A DNA stretch of 64,000 nucleotides, taken from positions 25,110,001-25,174,000 of the forward strand of contig CM060733.1 of the NCBI GenBank assembly GCA_030704615.1, given 5' to 3'. Shown one piece after another: positions 39,690-52,004 of this stretch (positions are counted from its first letter, which is position 1; every line of letters starts with the position of its first letter). Source of the DNA: Takakia lepidozioides. Taxonomy: Eukaryota > Plantae > Bryophyta. The position numbers and the translations under genes are program-made. The notes below the pieces were generated by a model. It worked only from the letters and a program-made list of their open reading frames with translations, was not told the DNA's origin and searched no databases.

Positions 39690-40739
39690 CCTCCCTCCAT
39701 GTCATCTCATGCCATTCTTGTTTATGGTTATGCTTTTCCTCCCATCTATCTACTTCTATCTCTGCCTCTTACTACTCCTCAATTTATCTTCTTTATGTCC
39801 CGACTTGTAGGGGCCTAGTGTCAACTCCTCAGAGACCTCGTTTTTCTTCTTTTCTGGTTGGTGGGCCCTCCTATAAGCAAGTGTAGATTCGTCCGAGCAT
39901 GATTATTGGAAAGACCTGAGAACGACGGTTCACATTCAGGACCTCTCCTTTCGAATGCAGGAAACGTGGGAGAAATTTGCCTACAATAAATGCTCTGATT
40001 TGTATGATGCAGCTACTCGGGACACTAGCACTTTCCAAGACCTCCATCATCAACTGATGCCCAGAACAGTTTGTGGGTCTGAAGAAGAAAAGGCTGTCCG
40101 AAATATGAAACCCAAGTCTTCCTTTTTCAGCTTTTTTACTTGACACTCAGTGTGCCTTGATGTCTAAAATGCAAAAACTCAAAACCAAAACAGTTGTAGG
40201 AGTAATGATGCTGTGACCCCTAACCTAATCATACACTGTGATGTGGACCTCGCTCATTCATGAAGGCTGACAAACAACAACCAAACAACCGAACAAACAC
40301 CCTCCTCCCACATCGAAAAAACATTCATTCCTTTCTTGAGTAGTACTGCTACCTTACCATCATCACCAACCCTTTTACTCTACTTAACCACAACACAGTC
40401 AAGCTTTGACCCCCGCAGCATCAAACCTTCTAAGTTACTCCCTCTTCTTCTCGGGAGAAAACTCGGGGTCCGTCTTTTGACCACCCTCTCTACTTTCCCC
40501 GCACGTAACTTAATTATCAGTTTCGCTGCTGCTACTCGATCATTGCTTCTGCCCCCCCGCACATGGCCTCCACCCCTCTCACTGTCCCTGTCCCGAGACG
40601 GTCAGGGCACTGTTTCATCCACGAAGAGAATGGACATTCGTTCGTTAACGGAGTTAGTACGTGGATGGATGGTTTCAAACATCATCCATAGCAGCGACTA
40701 CCCGGAGAAAGGACGGCCTGCGCACGTACCCAACCAGGA

Positions 40740-41580
40740 TTCTCTCAGGCGATAAGCTCGCCATGGGCATGCATGCCACATGGGATGGACATGGCCGACA
40801 AAGGCTGGCGAAAGGCGCCGCCACGGCAATCATGGCGAGGCGACAGCGAGTGAGGAGGCGCCGCGTGGCCGGCCGCGGCAGGGTCACGTGAGTGGGTGCG
40901 GGGATTGGACGCGATGCCGGCGCGGGCCAATGCGGGCCCGCCGCGTGCGAGGCATGTGCCGCGCTCAGGCCGACCGGACGAATGATGGCGGGAAGTGGCG
41001 CAATCATGGCTGCCCGGCTGGGGCGTGGCCGGGCCGGCGCGGTTGGGCGGGCAGGCAATCGTGATCCGATAGGGCGGATCGTGCTGCGCTTGTCGCCTGC
41101 GCGCGGCTGCCCCGCCACGTCCGGTTGTCGGCGCAGCCGGGACATCAGCCTGCGTGGCTAATGATTGGGGCGGCCGGGCAGCCCCTCGCGGGCAGCGTGG
41201 GCAGCTGCCGTGCCGCGGCCGCTACCGCGCGGCCTGCGCGGTCGCACGCGCGGGATCGGGCACGATTGGATTCCTCCGCGTTTCGCATTCGCTTGTGCGA
41301 ATTCGAAAGGCGGATGATTGTGAAATCATGCGCTCTGTTGTGGCAGGGAAGCAGCGAGCTTTGCTTCGTCCTCGCTACTTACATTCCCTCGACTTGAATG
41401 CGTTGGCGATGGCGGTGGAGATTTCGTGAAGGGCTTTTGGAAATAGGAGGGGTTGTTTAAAGGGAAGGAGATGATGATTGGAGGTCGGGAGGCGGCATGG
41501 GGGGGTCGTGGTAAGGTTTTTAATGGAGGGGAGGGGAGTGATGAGCAGGCAACAGCAGAGCAGGAGCAATGATTGGGAGG
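40740..41580. promoter_or_regulatory. GC-rich putative enhancer upstream of HD-Zip II, with HD-Zip-type sites and a G-box
   Basis: CAATGATTG 41567-41575, TAATGATTG 41159-41167, CAATCATGG at 40827 and 41001, GATGATTG at 41313 and 41473, CACGTG 40885-40890. Confidence 0.5.
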
Positions 41581-44500
41581 GGCACGTCTTACCCACCTCT
41601 CCACCACCGTCTCGCTCTCGCACTGCGGAATGGCAATTCCAATATTCGGCGCTCATTACTGCGCTCCTGGAAGCTTGCAAATTCAAGGAATCTTGGGTCC
41701 CGTTGGCCTATCATCTGCTTGGGGTGTTGCGCGCAGGATGATCCGAGGAGTGGGATAATAAAGTATATGAATATTGTAAGACAAAAGAGGAGCTGATTTG
41801 GTGGGAGGATGAGGCAAGTGTTGATGCGGTGGAGGTTGGAAGTGGGAGGCCTAGCACGGCATAAAACAGTATAAAACACAGACACATCATGGGGGCTGGA
41901 GAGTGATGCGCTGGAGATGCAAAGTAAATCCCCCGGATGGTGCCTACATAGCAAATTCAACTTAGGTGGGATATGAAGTAGGCTGCCCGACAAAGTGGAA
42001 GATTCCTCTTCACTGAGATATGGCACACTTTACTTGACTTGTTTAATATGGCAAGGACAGCGGCGGCCATGATGATGATCATGGAGAAATGGCTTTGTTC
42101 ATTACTTTGATGTAGAATACTGCGAGCTCCGGAGCATTATTGCTCAACTTGTCGGCGAGGATCAAGTATGGTTGACGTACTTACCTTGAGGCCCAAGGGA
42201 TGCAGCAACATTGCATGTAGGTAGCTGTACTCGACGCTCGCCTCACCTAACTGGATGGACGGGGGTGCACAGCCTTGTCTAAAGCTGCTGCGCTGGTCAT
42301 TCTTGCAGTAAGTAAGTACTTGGACGACCAACGACCAGTACATGGCCTGCTTGTTTTCTCCATGATTTGTTGTTGTTGGTACTCTGTAGGTACCCAGGGC
42401 CAGGAGTTGGAGTTTCTTTCCTGGGCGAAACAACAACTGTGGAGCCCACGCCATTTGGAATCATCACTCCACACTTTTTGCTCCCCCTCAAACCGACTCG
42501 CTCTCTCACATGTTTCTTGCTGCAACAACGCTGTAAAATCTTTCCAACCCACCACAGGGAGGACTCAAGAGATTTGAGGGGTAGATCTGAAGGGCAATCT
42601 GAGAAGCCGCCCTTCAAGTAATACTTAAGTAGCTTCATGGTGAGCTCAGTAGCTCACACAGACACCTTGCAGCAGAAGATGCGCTTTGTGGGTCCTCCAC
42701 AGACCCATGTGGCACTTTCCTAACTTGTCTCACATCTCATATTTCACTAATCACTACAGGACAAAGTGCCACCTGGGTGATCCTGCTTTCAAATTCTCCT
42801 ACCCATTTGTGTGTGCTATAATCTTCCCCCTCTTTTCTCCTCTTACTAATTAAAGGTGGGGTGGGGGGGGGGTCCTTTTTGAAATACAAAATCTTGAAGA
42901 TGTCCTGTAGTGAATGTTAGCAGTACATTTTTCTTCTTCCAAATATAGCTCCCATTGGACAGCACAATGGTGTGGAGTGGACATCTATTAAAGGGAAAGC
43001 AACAAACTAACAAGCTGCTAAGTACATCTAGTTGTGACTAACTAATCCTACTTGTAAACGTGAACAGTAACACTGAAGGGTGTCCCAATCCAGCACAAGA
43101 GTGATTGATGAGGGAATGTGAACTATGTTGCCCTTTGGGCTGGGAGATAGGTGAGCAAGAGAGATTGGCTAATAAACAAGAGAGAGTGAGAAGATCATTG
43201 CCATAACTTTGGATTTGATTTGTGAAGGGCAGCAGTCTATGGCGGTGACAGGCCTTCCAAAAATGTAAACAGTCAACGTAAATAGTACTTTCTTTACTCG
43301 CCCTTCGCTCCTGACATTGTGCCCATGTACTGTTCAGTTGGAGGAATCATGGAACAAAGTGTAAGAACAGATCTTGCTCAGGACTCATGTGGGAAAGAAA
43401 ATGGGATGCGATAAACTATTTGATTGAATGCGCTTATCTAAAGAAAAGGCTTTGATTATACCTACAAGTATCCATTGGGGGCGACGCAAACCCAAGATTA
43501 GCAGAGCAATGACACACCGACAGCACCCTCTAATAGTACACTGCCCTCGCTCATAATTCATGTACCATTTTTGCTTTTGCATCACTCACTGCTGATCAGT
43601 GTTGCAGCCTGTTCCAATCCGTTCCACATACACTTTTGTTGGACCTTCCAGAGCGGGTCCACTTGGGTTTGTCTTGCTCAGTTGTGTCTGAAGTTCAAGT
43701 ATGTCGACTCCACCAACATATCGCCGGGTGAGATTGGGAACTGCCTGTTGTGGAATGCTGGTTGTGAGCTCCGGCCAGGCATATTCTTATTCCTAGCCAC
43801 TTCTTACTCTAAAAGGAAAAAGTAATGGAGCTACGCGCGGGTGAGCAGTTGCTCCCCAGTTTTTCCCACTTGTCCTTCGATGTACTTTTCTCAAAACGAG
43901 AAGTTTAGGAGGATCACTCTTCTGATAATGCATTCAAGAGCAGTTGGTAGTAGTGCAAAATTTGGAAAGTAGTTCGCTATGTAGCCAAATGCTTGTTTGT
44001 GAAGAAGAGAGCATAGCAGCTTTAGCAGCATGGGAATATTGTAGGTACTCCTTGATTCCTGTTTTGATTCTTTTGTATTGAAGATGGAGCATAATGGGCG
44101 GCTTGTAAGTTGTCAAGTTCAACTTAAAAACTGATGTTGAAATACATAAATGGTGGTTGACATCCGACTGACAGGATGCTCCTTATCATTAACAAAATTC
44201 GTGGCAAGAGGGCCAAGAGAAATGGAGATTGTGATCATGGTCAGCTGCAATATGGAAGTGTAGGACTATTAACTTATTATAGGGGAGAAGTTAAGCTTCC
44301 AGATTGATGAGTGAATCAGTCAACTGAAGCATGTAAGAGAAGAGTAAATGAATAGCAAAAGCACACCTATAAGAGAGTGACTAGGAAAGGAATAGATACA
44401 GTGAAGCATCAAGTTGGAGCGGAGTGAAGGAAAGGCACAGTGAATAAGTCAAGTGGAGCATGTAAGAGCTCAATAAAGCACTGGTCAACAGGAGCGCAAA

Positions 44501-45864
44501 CTGGCAAGACAGCCGCAGGCAGCAGCAATAATGGGACAGTGAGCGGGAGTTCCATCATGGCCCTCCTGCACTGCAGATAGCCATGGCGTGTAGCGAAGAC
44601 AAGCTCCAGTTCTCTGTGGTGCTCATAAGTGGTGGCAGTCTGTTTGCCAGATGTACTTAATCACCAACCATTATGAACTAGAGAATCACATCACCCAGGT
44701 CTCATATCATGCTTCATATCTCACACTCTCAGAATCACATGGCTGCATTACAATGTTACATGGGTTTGGGTTCTGTCTTCTGTCGTCGTGTCCGCCCCAT
44801 TCCGGGGACAAGAATGTAAGAACAAGCAACTGGTCACGTAATGGGTCTGCGCAGTGCGTTTGTAATGTGGGTGGGTAGCATGGGTGGTCTTTGTTGCCTT
44901 CACTGCCATGGCCCATAGCCAACGGACAAGTCTATCACAGAAGCTGCCATCCCTTGAGCACAAGGCTCAAGCTAGATTATGTGTCATAGCAAAAGATTTT
45001 TAGTCAGAATTTGCCTGGCCAGTTTGGGACTATCTATAATTATACGTTCTTGGGACTGGTGAACTTTGTCCAGTGTCAACAGAGCTGGACAATTGTGGCA
45101 GCGAGGAACTCTTAGATGTTATGATATTATCCACATGAGTCATGACTCGTTCATCATGATTGTCTCACATCGATTTTGCCTTCTGCTACTTATCAAACAT
45201 TGGAAATGCAATACATAAGTATCCAGTGTGGCGAACCGTCAGAATATGGTAGTCCAACAAGGAACATCATGGGCACCATCCCTTGCGCACCCAACATCCT
45301 GACGACAACCAACTTACCAAGCATAATACAAGAGTGAATAGGGGAAAGTGGCCAAGTTCTCCACTGGCTCTCCATCATTTCTCACCACAAATCAAGGCCC
45401 AAGTACTCGTACAGTCAGTAATTCTCAAAGGCCTCGTGTCTGTCATACGTACATTGAAATTTGAGATGGTTTCAATAAAACACTGACACACATCCTGGAT
45501 CTGGCAGAGCGATACAGAACAATTATCTGCAACATCTTCTTCCTATCATACCCACAACTCTGGCAAGGCCTAATCTCTTCTTCACTTACGCCAATAATGG
45601 TAGAACTGTAGCTATCCCCCCGTCACTGGCTCCATTGCAATGGGCAATACTCCGCATCTCATTAAATTTCAGTTGAAACTTATTCTGAATGTCGAGAATC
45701 TTAGTCTCTCCAGGTCCCAGCAACAACGTCATAGGAGACATCTCATTGGGTGGCAAGACAAACATTCAACCCATTAAGAAGAGAAGACAGGGCAACGAGA
45801 GAGAGAGGCTACCATTGTATTCAAGAACACAGTCATAAACTAAGCTAAATAAAGAAGGACAGCA

Positions 45865-45891
45865 ATGATGATGATGATGATGACAATGATG
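45865..45891. repeat. (ATG)n microsatellite
   Basis: atgatgatgatgatgatgacaatgatg. Confidence 0.8.
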
Positions 45892-48614
45892 GTGGTTACA
45901 ACTGTAATGGTGGATCTCTTATCACCCCGGGACTGCGATTGTGAGACTCATTTGTTGCAAACTTTGCTAAAGCCTCCTCTCTCGGAGGTTCCATTGGAAA
46001 CAAACATAATCACCGAAAGCTCCAAGGTAACATCATCATCGTTCTCATCATTGTCCCGGCAATATCAACGTGATAAGAGTCTTTGACCAACATGGTAGCG
46101 GATCCCGCCATGATCTTTGCATGCTCAAATCTCTCTAATCTCAAGGTTGACAATTTGGGAGATGGGCTGCTTCTTTTCTTGACGACGACGATGGTTATTA
46201 ACGTGAACGCTCTCTTGCCTTTTACCATATATGTGTGGCCCTTCCTTCTTCAATAATGAGACACCATAACAGCTCCACAATTGTACATAGGCCATCAAGT
46301 GTCTTCTCAATTCCAGGATGGGTTGTTGTATGTTGGGTGCTAACTTTCATATGAAAATGATGCCTGACCAAAGCCTTATGTTGGGTTGTTGTTAGTAGGT
46401 TGCATTCAAATGTTTGCATAGTTCTCTAATTTTAGAGTTGCAAAGACAGATTCATAACTATATGTGGCAACAATAGAAAGAGAGAATGGTCATTCATCCT
46501 ATCAGAATCACCCACAACTGACATTTCGGAAACTTGTCAATGCCAAAGGACTACTGTACAGAGTACTAGCAATGAATTGACAGCATGAATGAAGGAGATG
46601 ATGGAACATGAGCGTGCCAGGGTTTGTTGATGGTAATTGAGAGGAATCAACGTGTAGGGTGGGCATCCGAGCATTCAACCTTGACACTTGAGGGCCTTGC
46701 AAGCAATGTTTCGGCATGGGCAGGTGGGATTACAATTGGAAATTTTCATACACAATCTTCGGCCGATTCACCGTTTTCTTGTTTTCGGTGGTTGAGCTGG
46801 CCTATGGAAGCACAGGTATCAAAGCTCGTGTATGGTACAAGTGACCTGCTGGCCATATCAACTCTTTAGATTCCCAAGCCGCTTGTATCAACTCAGATAT
46901 ACTCTGTGATTTGCATTAGATTGCAAATGAAAGATCATATATGAGGCAGTTCATTCCCTTCCTATCTGAGCTTGTTGGCGAATCTTGCAAGCTGAATTAG
47001 GTGGTTTTCCCTGCTTCTCTACGAGACTGGACCGTGGTAAAGTAACAGTGCAAAATGGACACCTCAATTTTGCTCCAACTTCAACCCTCATGTCCAAATT
47101 CATTTCTCCTAAAACTGCAAAAAACTGAACCTCCAGACAGGGCCATACGGTATCTAGTTTAAAACAAAACTAACATCCCTGGAAACTAAGGTGAGCCAAC
47201 TTGCACCCAACCACCTCAAAACATTCCAGAGAAGTCCAATTATAACGATTTAGTGGAGGACAAAGAAAGACCCCAGCAATTTTTCAAGGGGGAAAATTTC
47301 CAATTTTCTTATTGAAATCTCGGTTTTTTCGAGTTCTATCATGAGAGAAAATTCTTTACCGGATAACCAACCTTCCCCACAGTTGTTTTGCTTGTAGCTC
47401 CTTTGTAGGGCCATTTGGGGAGGTTGGTGAAGATGAGAAGGGCAGCACAAAAAATCTCTTGCAATTTTACTACTGTCTAAATCGATGGAATGTAGAATTT
47501 TGGCAATGGTGAGCAGGTGGGTATGATGTGAGGAGATTTCAGGTTTGTTTTACATGAAAACCGACAGGTTTTGAGGGTTCACATCTCCTCTGCCCGAAAT
47601 TCTCCTCTAAACCACAAGCAATACAGAAGGTGGTTGCAGAGGGACCCCACTAGATCAGTGGCCTTGTGGAAAAGGTTCGCCATCCCAATACTGTTCACTA
47701 CTGTAGTGAACGGCCCATGTCGGTTCAATTTGCCAAATTCTTGAAAAGGTGGGTCCTACTGAGATCTACCTCTGGCGTTCAGTCATAATTGCCATACAAC
47801 ATTGGCAACAGTGGTACATGCCCCAGGTGGTTGGGTCCAGCAACTACTGGGTGAGAGCCTGACTCTAATAAGACATAAGAGCATCAAAGACAAAACAGGA
47901 CACAGAAAATGTGGTTGTCAAATTGAGCTAGTTACAAACATCCATTGATCCCTAACTAATTTTGATGGAAGTGATGCAAGTGCTCTGAGTCCACTGTCAA
48001 AACCTTCATGCACAGCACAAAGCTAAATACAGCACATCAAGTTGGAAACCTCTACTTAAATCCAGTAAATCAGTGTACAACTACTACCAATTTGCAGAGC
48101 TACATGTCTTAGTTCCAACTAGTACTCCATTCAACAGAAGGAATATGCTCCAGGGCCACCCATAAATGAAAGCCCTGAATTGTTACACTGCTCTGTCCTT
48201 ACTCAACAACTTCACAACTTCATTTCAGAAGAACAAATGACTCCTTTGATCTATTGAAATCTCGAATCCTTATCAAAAGCGATCATACATGCAGAAAAGT
48301 AACTGATAAATCCTTCTTCTCAGCCTGCACACTGTTTTGAAGAACATACCCTTGGGGACCTGAAGCTTCTCTATGAGGCATCTATGAGGTGCATCCCGCA
48401 AATGCTCCAATTTCAGAGGAATCTCATGTCAAATGATCAGGGTTGTGTTGTCTCTTAGGAATTTCACATAGTTTTGCTCTTCATTCTTGATACTGAAATG
48501 CTCAACTGTTTACAACAGGTCAGGTGATCAACATATGATCATACATCACACTGGTTGAATCAATAGTTTTTAAGGAATGAAGCAACATGCACACCTTACA
48601 AGAAAAACTTTGTT

Positions 48615-49460
48615 TCATCAGTACACAAGAACAAACCCCATCTTCAAAGTGGTGAAAACCGTTCGCAATTGCTCAGCCAACATCTTCGATGGGGGTCGTG
48701 TGACAGTCACCACACACCTGAAGATTCTTGATGACCCAGAGAGGCATCCCAGGGGAGGTGCTGATCAGCCCAAAAGCAATGGCCAGCTTCTCACTGTGGT
48801 GGCCGCTCCTCCTCCCCATCATACAATACAAATTAGTGTCATGCACATACCATGCCTCCTTCATTTGCCAAGACAAACTTCTCAGCTCAGCATGGCTTTC
48901 CTAATTTTTGGATGCAATGTGTCATCTTTGCACCCCATTGCCGACCTCGATGCTGGAGCAACCCAATTGCTTTCTGACACCCCCTGACCTTCAATTGCTT
49001 TCTCACCTTTGCACCATGCTGGGCATATCCTGCAATCATTGCACTCCAGATCGACCACATTTCCTCCAGCAATTTTGTTAAACACCCCCTTCACTCCCAC
49101 ATCTGGTATACATGTCCACAAGGGTAGTGTTCAGAAACATATATGTTACAATTCCAGCTTTCATGAAGTCAGTATGGACCTCTTCCTGCATCATTTGCTA
49201 ATATGTCTCCAAGGCTTTCTTGACACACCCATGCTTGGTAAACCCTGCCTTCCTTATATTATACGTGATCAAACCTTGTTCAGGCATTTTGTGGTCTGCA
49301 ATTCTTCCACATGTTGACAAGGGTGTTCTTGTAGAAACACATTTTGCTTGAATCCACTTTGAATAATGTCAGCAGGCACCTGCTTCCCTGCTGCCAGGCT
49401 TTTGATCCTGATGCCCCTTCACAGGAGACAGACATAAGCATCTGAATCTGCTGAAATGCC
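48615..49460 (-). pseudogene. PLS-class PPR-E-DYW pseudogene
   Basis: PPR fragments (NTLVNM..C, WSAMIAGYAQHG), E/E+ remnants, and DYW motifs [30 protein letters not shown] and FHHFEDGVCSC. Heavily deleted and frameshifted; terminal DYW lost. Confidence 0.85.
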
Positions 49461-50899
49461 TCTTTGTCCAAAATTTGTCTAAAGGTCCCTGATTTTATCT
49501 CTCTACTGCCACAGCTGCTTCCAGTTGACCATCTACCATACAGGTTTCTCGTTGCTATCAATCCACAGTACCTCATTAGTATTATTGTGCTTGCAACCCA
49601 GCCCTCTTGGATGAATCTCAACCGGCTCTCCATTCCTGGCTCCTTCAGCTATCCCTGCCTCAGCACCAATAATGAATAGATCCTCCCCCTTGCTGCTAGC
49701 AGGTGACAATGACGACCCAAAAAACACGTAGCAAACACCCCAAACCTACTTACCACACACTACTTCCTATGCTGGACTGCTGACAAGAGTTCCAATGTGT
49801 TGGGGAGAAAGGCAAGATGACAATCTGCAAGGAAGCTGTTCAATGCATATTTTTCTCTGCTACTTCAGTGAGATAACAGACATTCACCTTGCTGCCTCAA
49901 TTGTCCCACCATTGACTGGGGTTCAAAAACTATATTCCTTCAAAGCTTTCCCTTGTCTGTTTCTCTATGCAAGTCACTCTGTGCACAAGCTTGGTTAGCA
50001 TCGGTTGGTTTGGGCATGTTTGTATGTTCCTCATTGACTTAAATGCATAGAGCTCACCACAAGGCCGCCCTTCTAATCAAGCTCACTGCGAGTCATGCTC
50101 ACATTCATCTTCAAGTTTCGGAGAAGTTCCAACATCCATTTCAGAAGAGAACTGGAGTCTGATATATTTCCACCGTCACTAGACTGTTCTCGACCTTGAG
50201 CCAAGACAATGAGCTCCAATCCAAAAGCTCCAGACTACCAACATAAGCAGGGTACACAAGAGGTACTAAGGATTGAGGGTAGGTTCAGTCCTCGAAAACC
50301 ACCAGGGAGCAGAGCAGCCACAGATATAACAAGTCACAACCATCAATCCATCCGAGTAACTTGCAATTGCGCTTCCAACTTCCATGCCATTGTTTAGGAA
50401 GAACAAGCTTCGAATCCTAAATGAAGAAAGCTCACCTTGTCCATACTGTAGTCCCACCATCGTGAAGGATCTCTTGCCGTGGTCCAGCGTTGAGCTACGT
50501 GCCCTTGCTTCGTGATATCACCTAATTTCATTGGCGCCCTATAGCCACCACTGGCAAGGACGGAGTCGTTGGCGCATTGCCACGAGAGAGAAAAATTTCA
50601 GCTCCACTTGCCAGCCCGTTAATCTGCTGCGTGATGTGAGGCTTCTCGCATGACCGAAACGATCAGACAGGGCCTTGGATATGGAGTCCGAATGCGCACT
50701 CGAGCACAACGGTTGCACCACCAGGGTCCTCTCTACTCTTTTGGGTGCTTGCAAATCAGGGTTGTTTGTGCTCTCCGCCTAATCTGGGGCCATGACAACT
50801 CCTGCTCGCCTCACAGGCACACTGTTTCTTACAGTTGCTCGTTGGCTGCCATGCAACCTCCGACTCTTACTGTTTTGTTGAATCCATGGTGTTAAGTTA

Positions 50900-51960
50900 A
50901 TTGACAGAAGAGTTGCCAGAGCTAGAGAGATTGATACATGACGGGGATTTTGTTTTAATTGTAGGGCCACCAGACTTGGGAAAAACGATGATTTTGAAAC
51001 ATTGTGTGATCCCAAGTTTGATAGAGGGCCTGAATCATAGGCCATATACTCGGTAAGGAGCATCGCAGTGTTCTAGGCAGTACTCTAAGGATTAAATGAT
51101 CCTTGCATAGCAGCATCTGAAGGGAATGGCATCCTGAAAGTTAAGGAAATGTCCAACTTCTAGAACACGGTTGACGACTTGCCATACGAAAGCACTGAGC
51201 TTGACTGATTTAGATTTCTCCCACACAAGAGACCAAATCCTTTTCCAGTTTGCTTCTCTTAAGTTAAAATGCCCCTACTTTTCATTCCAATATTTTTGTG
51301 GCGTTGGCAGTGTATGTGAAGAAGTGGTCCAGGATCCCTCCGAATTTCCACTGCCACTCAATGGACTCCATCTGCAATACATGTACTGATTGGCCTCCAA
51401 ACCAAACAAGGGTGCCTTTGGCTAGACAGGGTAACGTTGGTTTAGTGATAGGACTGACGGGTTCAAATCTTTGGATGGTGTGAAGCAGTGGCAGATGCGT
51501 GCAGGATAGGTAGAGGTCTCAGGAACTGAGACTGTCACCGCCGAGAAAAGATGGAGCAAAGTGTGGTTGAGAATCTATCCGCCATGAATCCAAAGCCTTT
51601 AATCATATCATTTTCTGTGTCTGTAATATAGATGACGGGGTCCAGCTTGTGGAGACGTGTACACTACCCACTGCTGAAGTTGAGCTTGGCTTCTTCCGAT
51701 TCCTAAGAACAGTTTCCACGAGTCAGGGACGTGTTGATTGTAGTAATTTCAGCTCTAAGTTAAATCGTTGAGGTCCTGGGGCTGTGTGGAGAGAAAGGCT
51801 CGTGCTTTCACAAAGATGTAGGATCTGAGAATTCCCTCCCTCTGGTTTCCAGGCTGACCATCTTCTCAAGAGTTTTGAAGAGCACTTACAATGGAACCAT
51901 TCCTAATTTGTTACAAACCATGAAGAGGCTCAATCTGAGAGTTGTCAATACTAAAACAAA
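50900..51960 (-). mobile_element. LINE (L1-type) ORF2 C-terminal remnant
   Basis: Minus-strand 51258-51145 reads REANWKRIWSLVWEKSKSVKLSAFVWQVVNRVLEVGHF, a zf-RVT-like pattern, followed by degenerate Cys/His residues. Boundaries are approximate. Confidence 0.55.
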
Positions 51961-52004
51961 GTCTTGGAAGGCAAAATAGAAGTGAAACTAGAAATGTCAT
52001 GCAT

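Noticed and set aside
40661-41429. Several overlapping Arg/Ala/Gly-rich ORFs
   Set aside because: Expected from stop-codon scarcity in very GC-rich DNA; no domain or splice structure.
47694-47712. Perfect short palindrome GTTCACTAC-T-GTAGTGAAC
   Set aside because: A single 9-bp stem with no supporting context.
41600-48500. Conserved miRNA precursor in the long intergenic region
   Set aside because: By eye I found no match to deeply conserved miRNAs (156/529, 160, 166, 171, 319, 390, 408, 535); novel hairpins cannot be excluded without folding.
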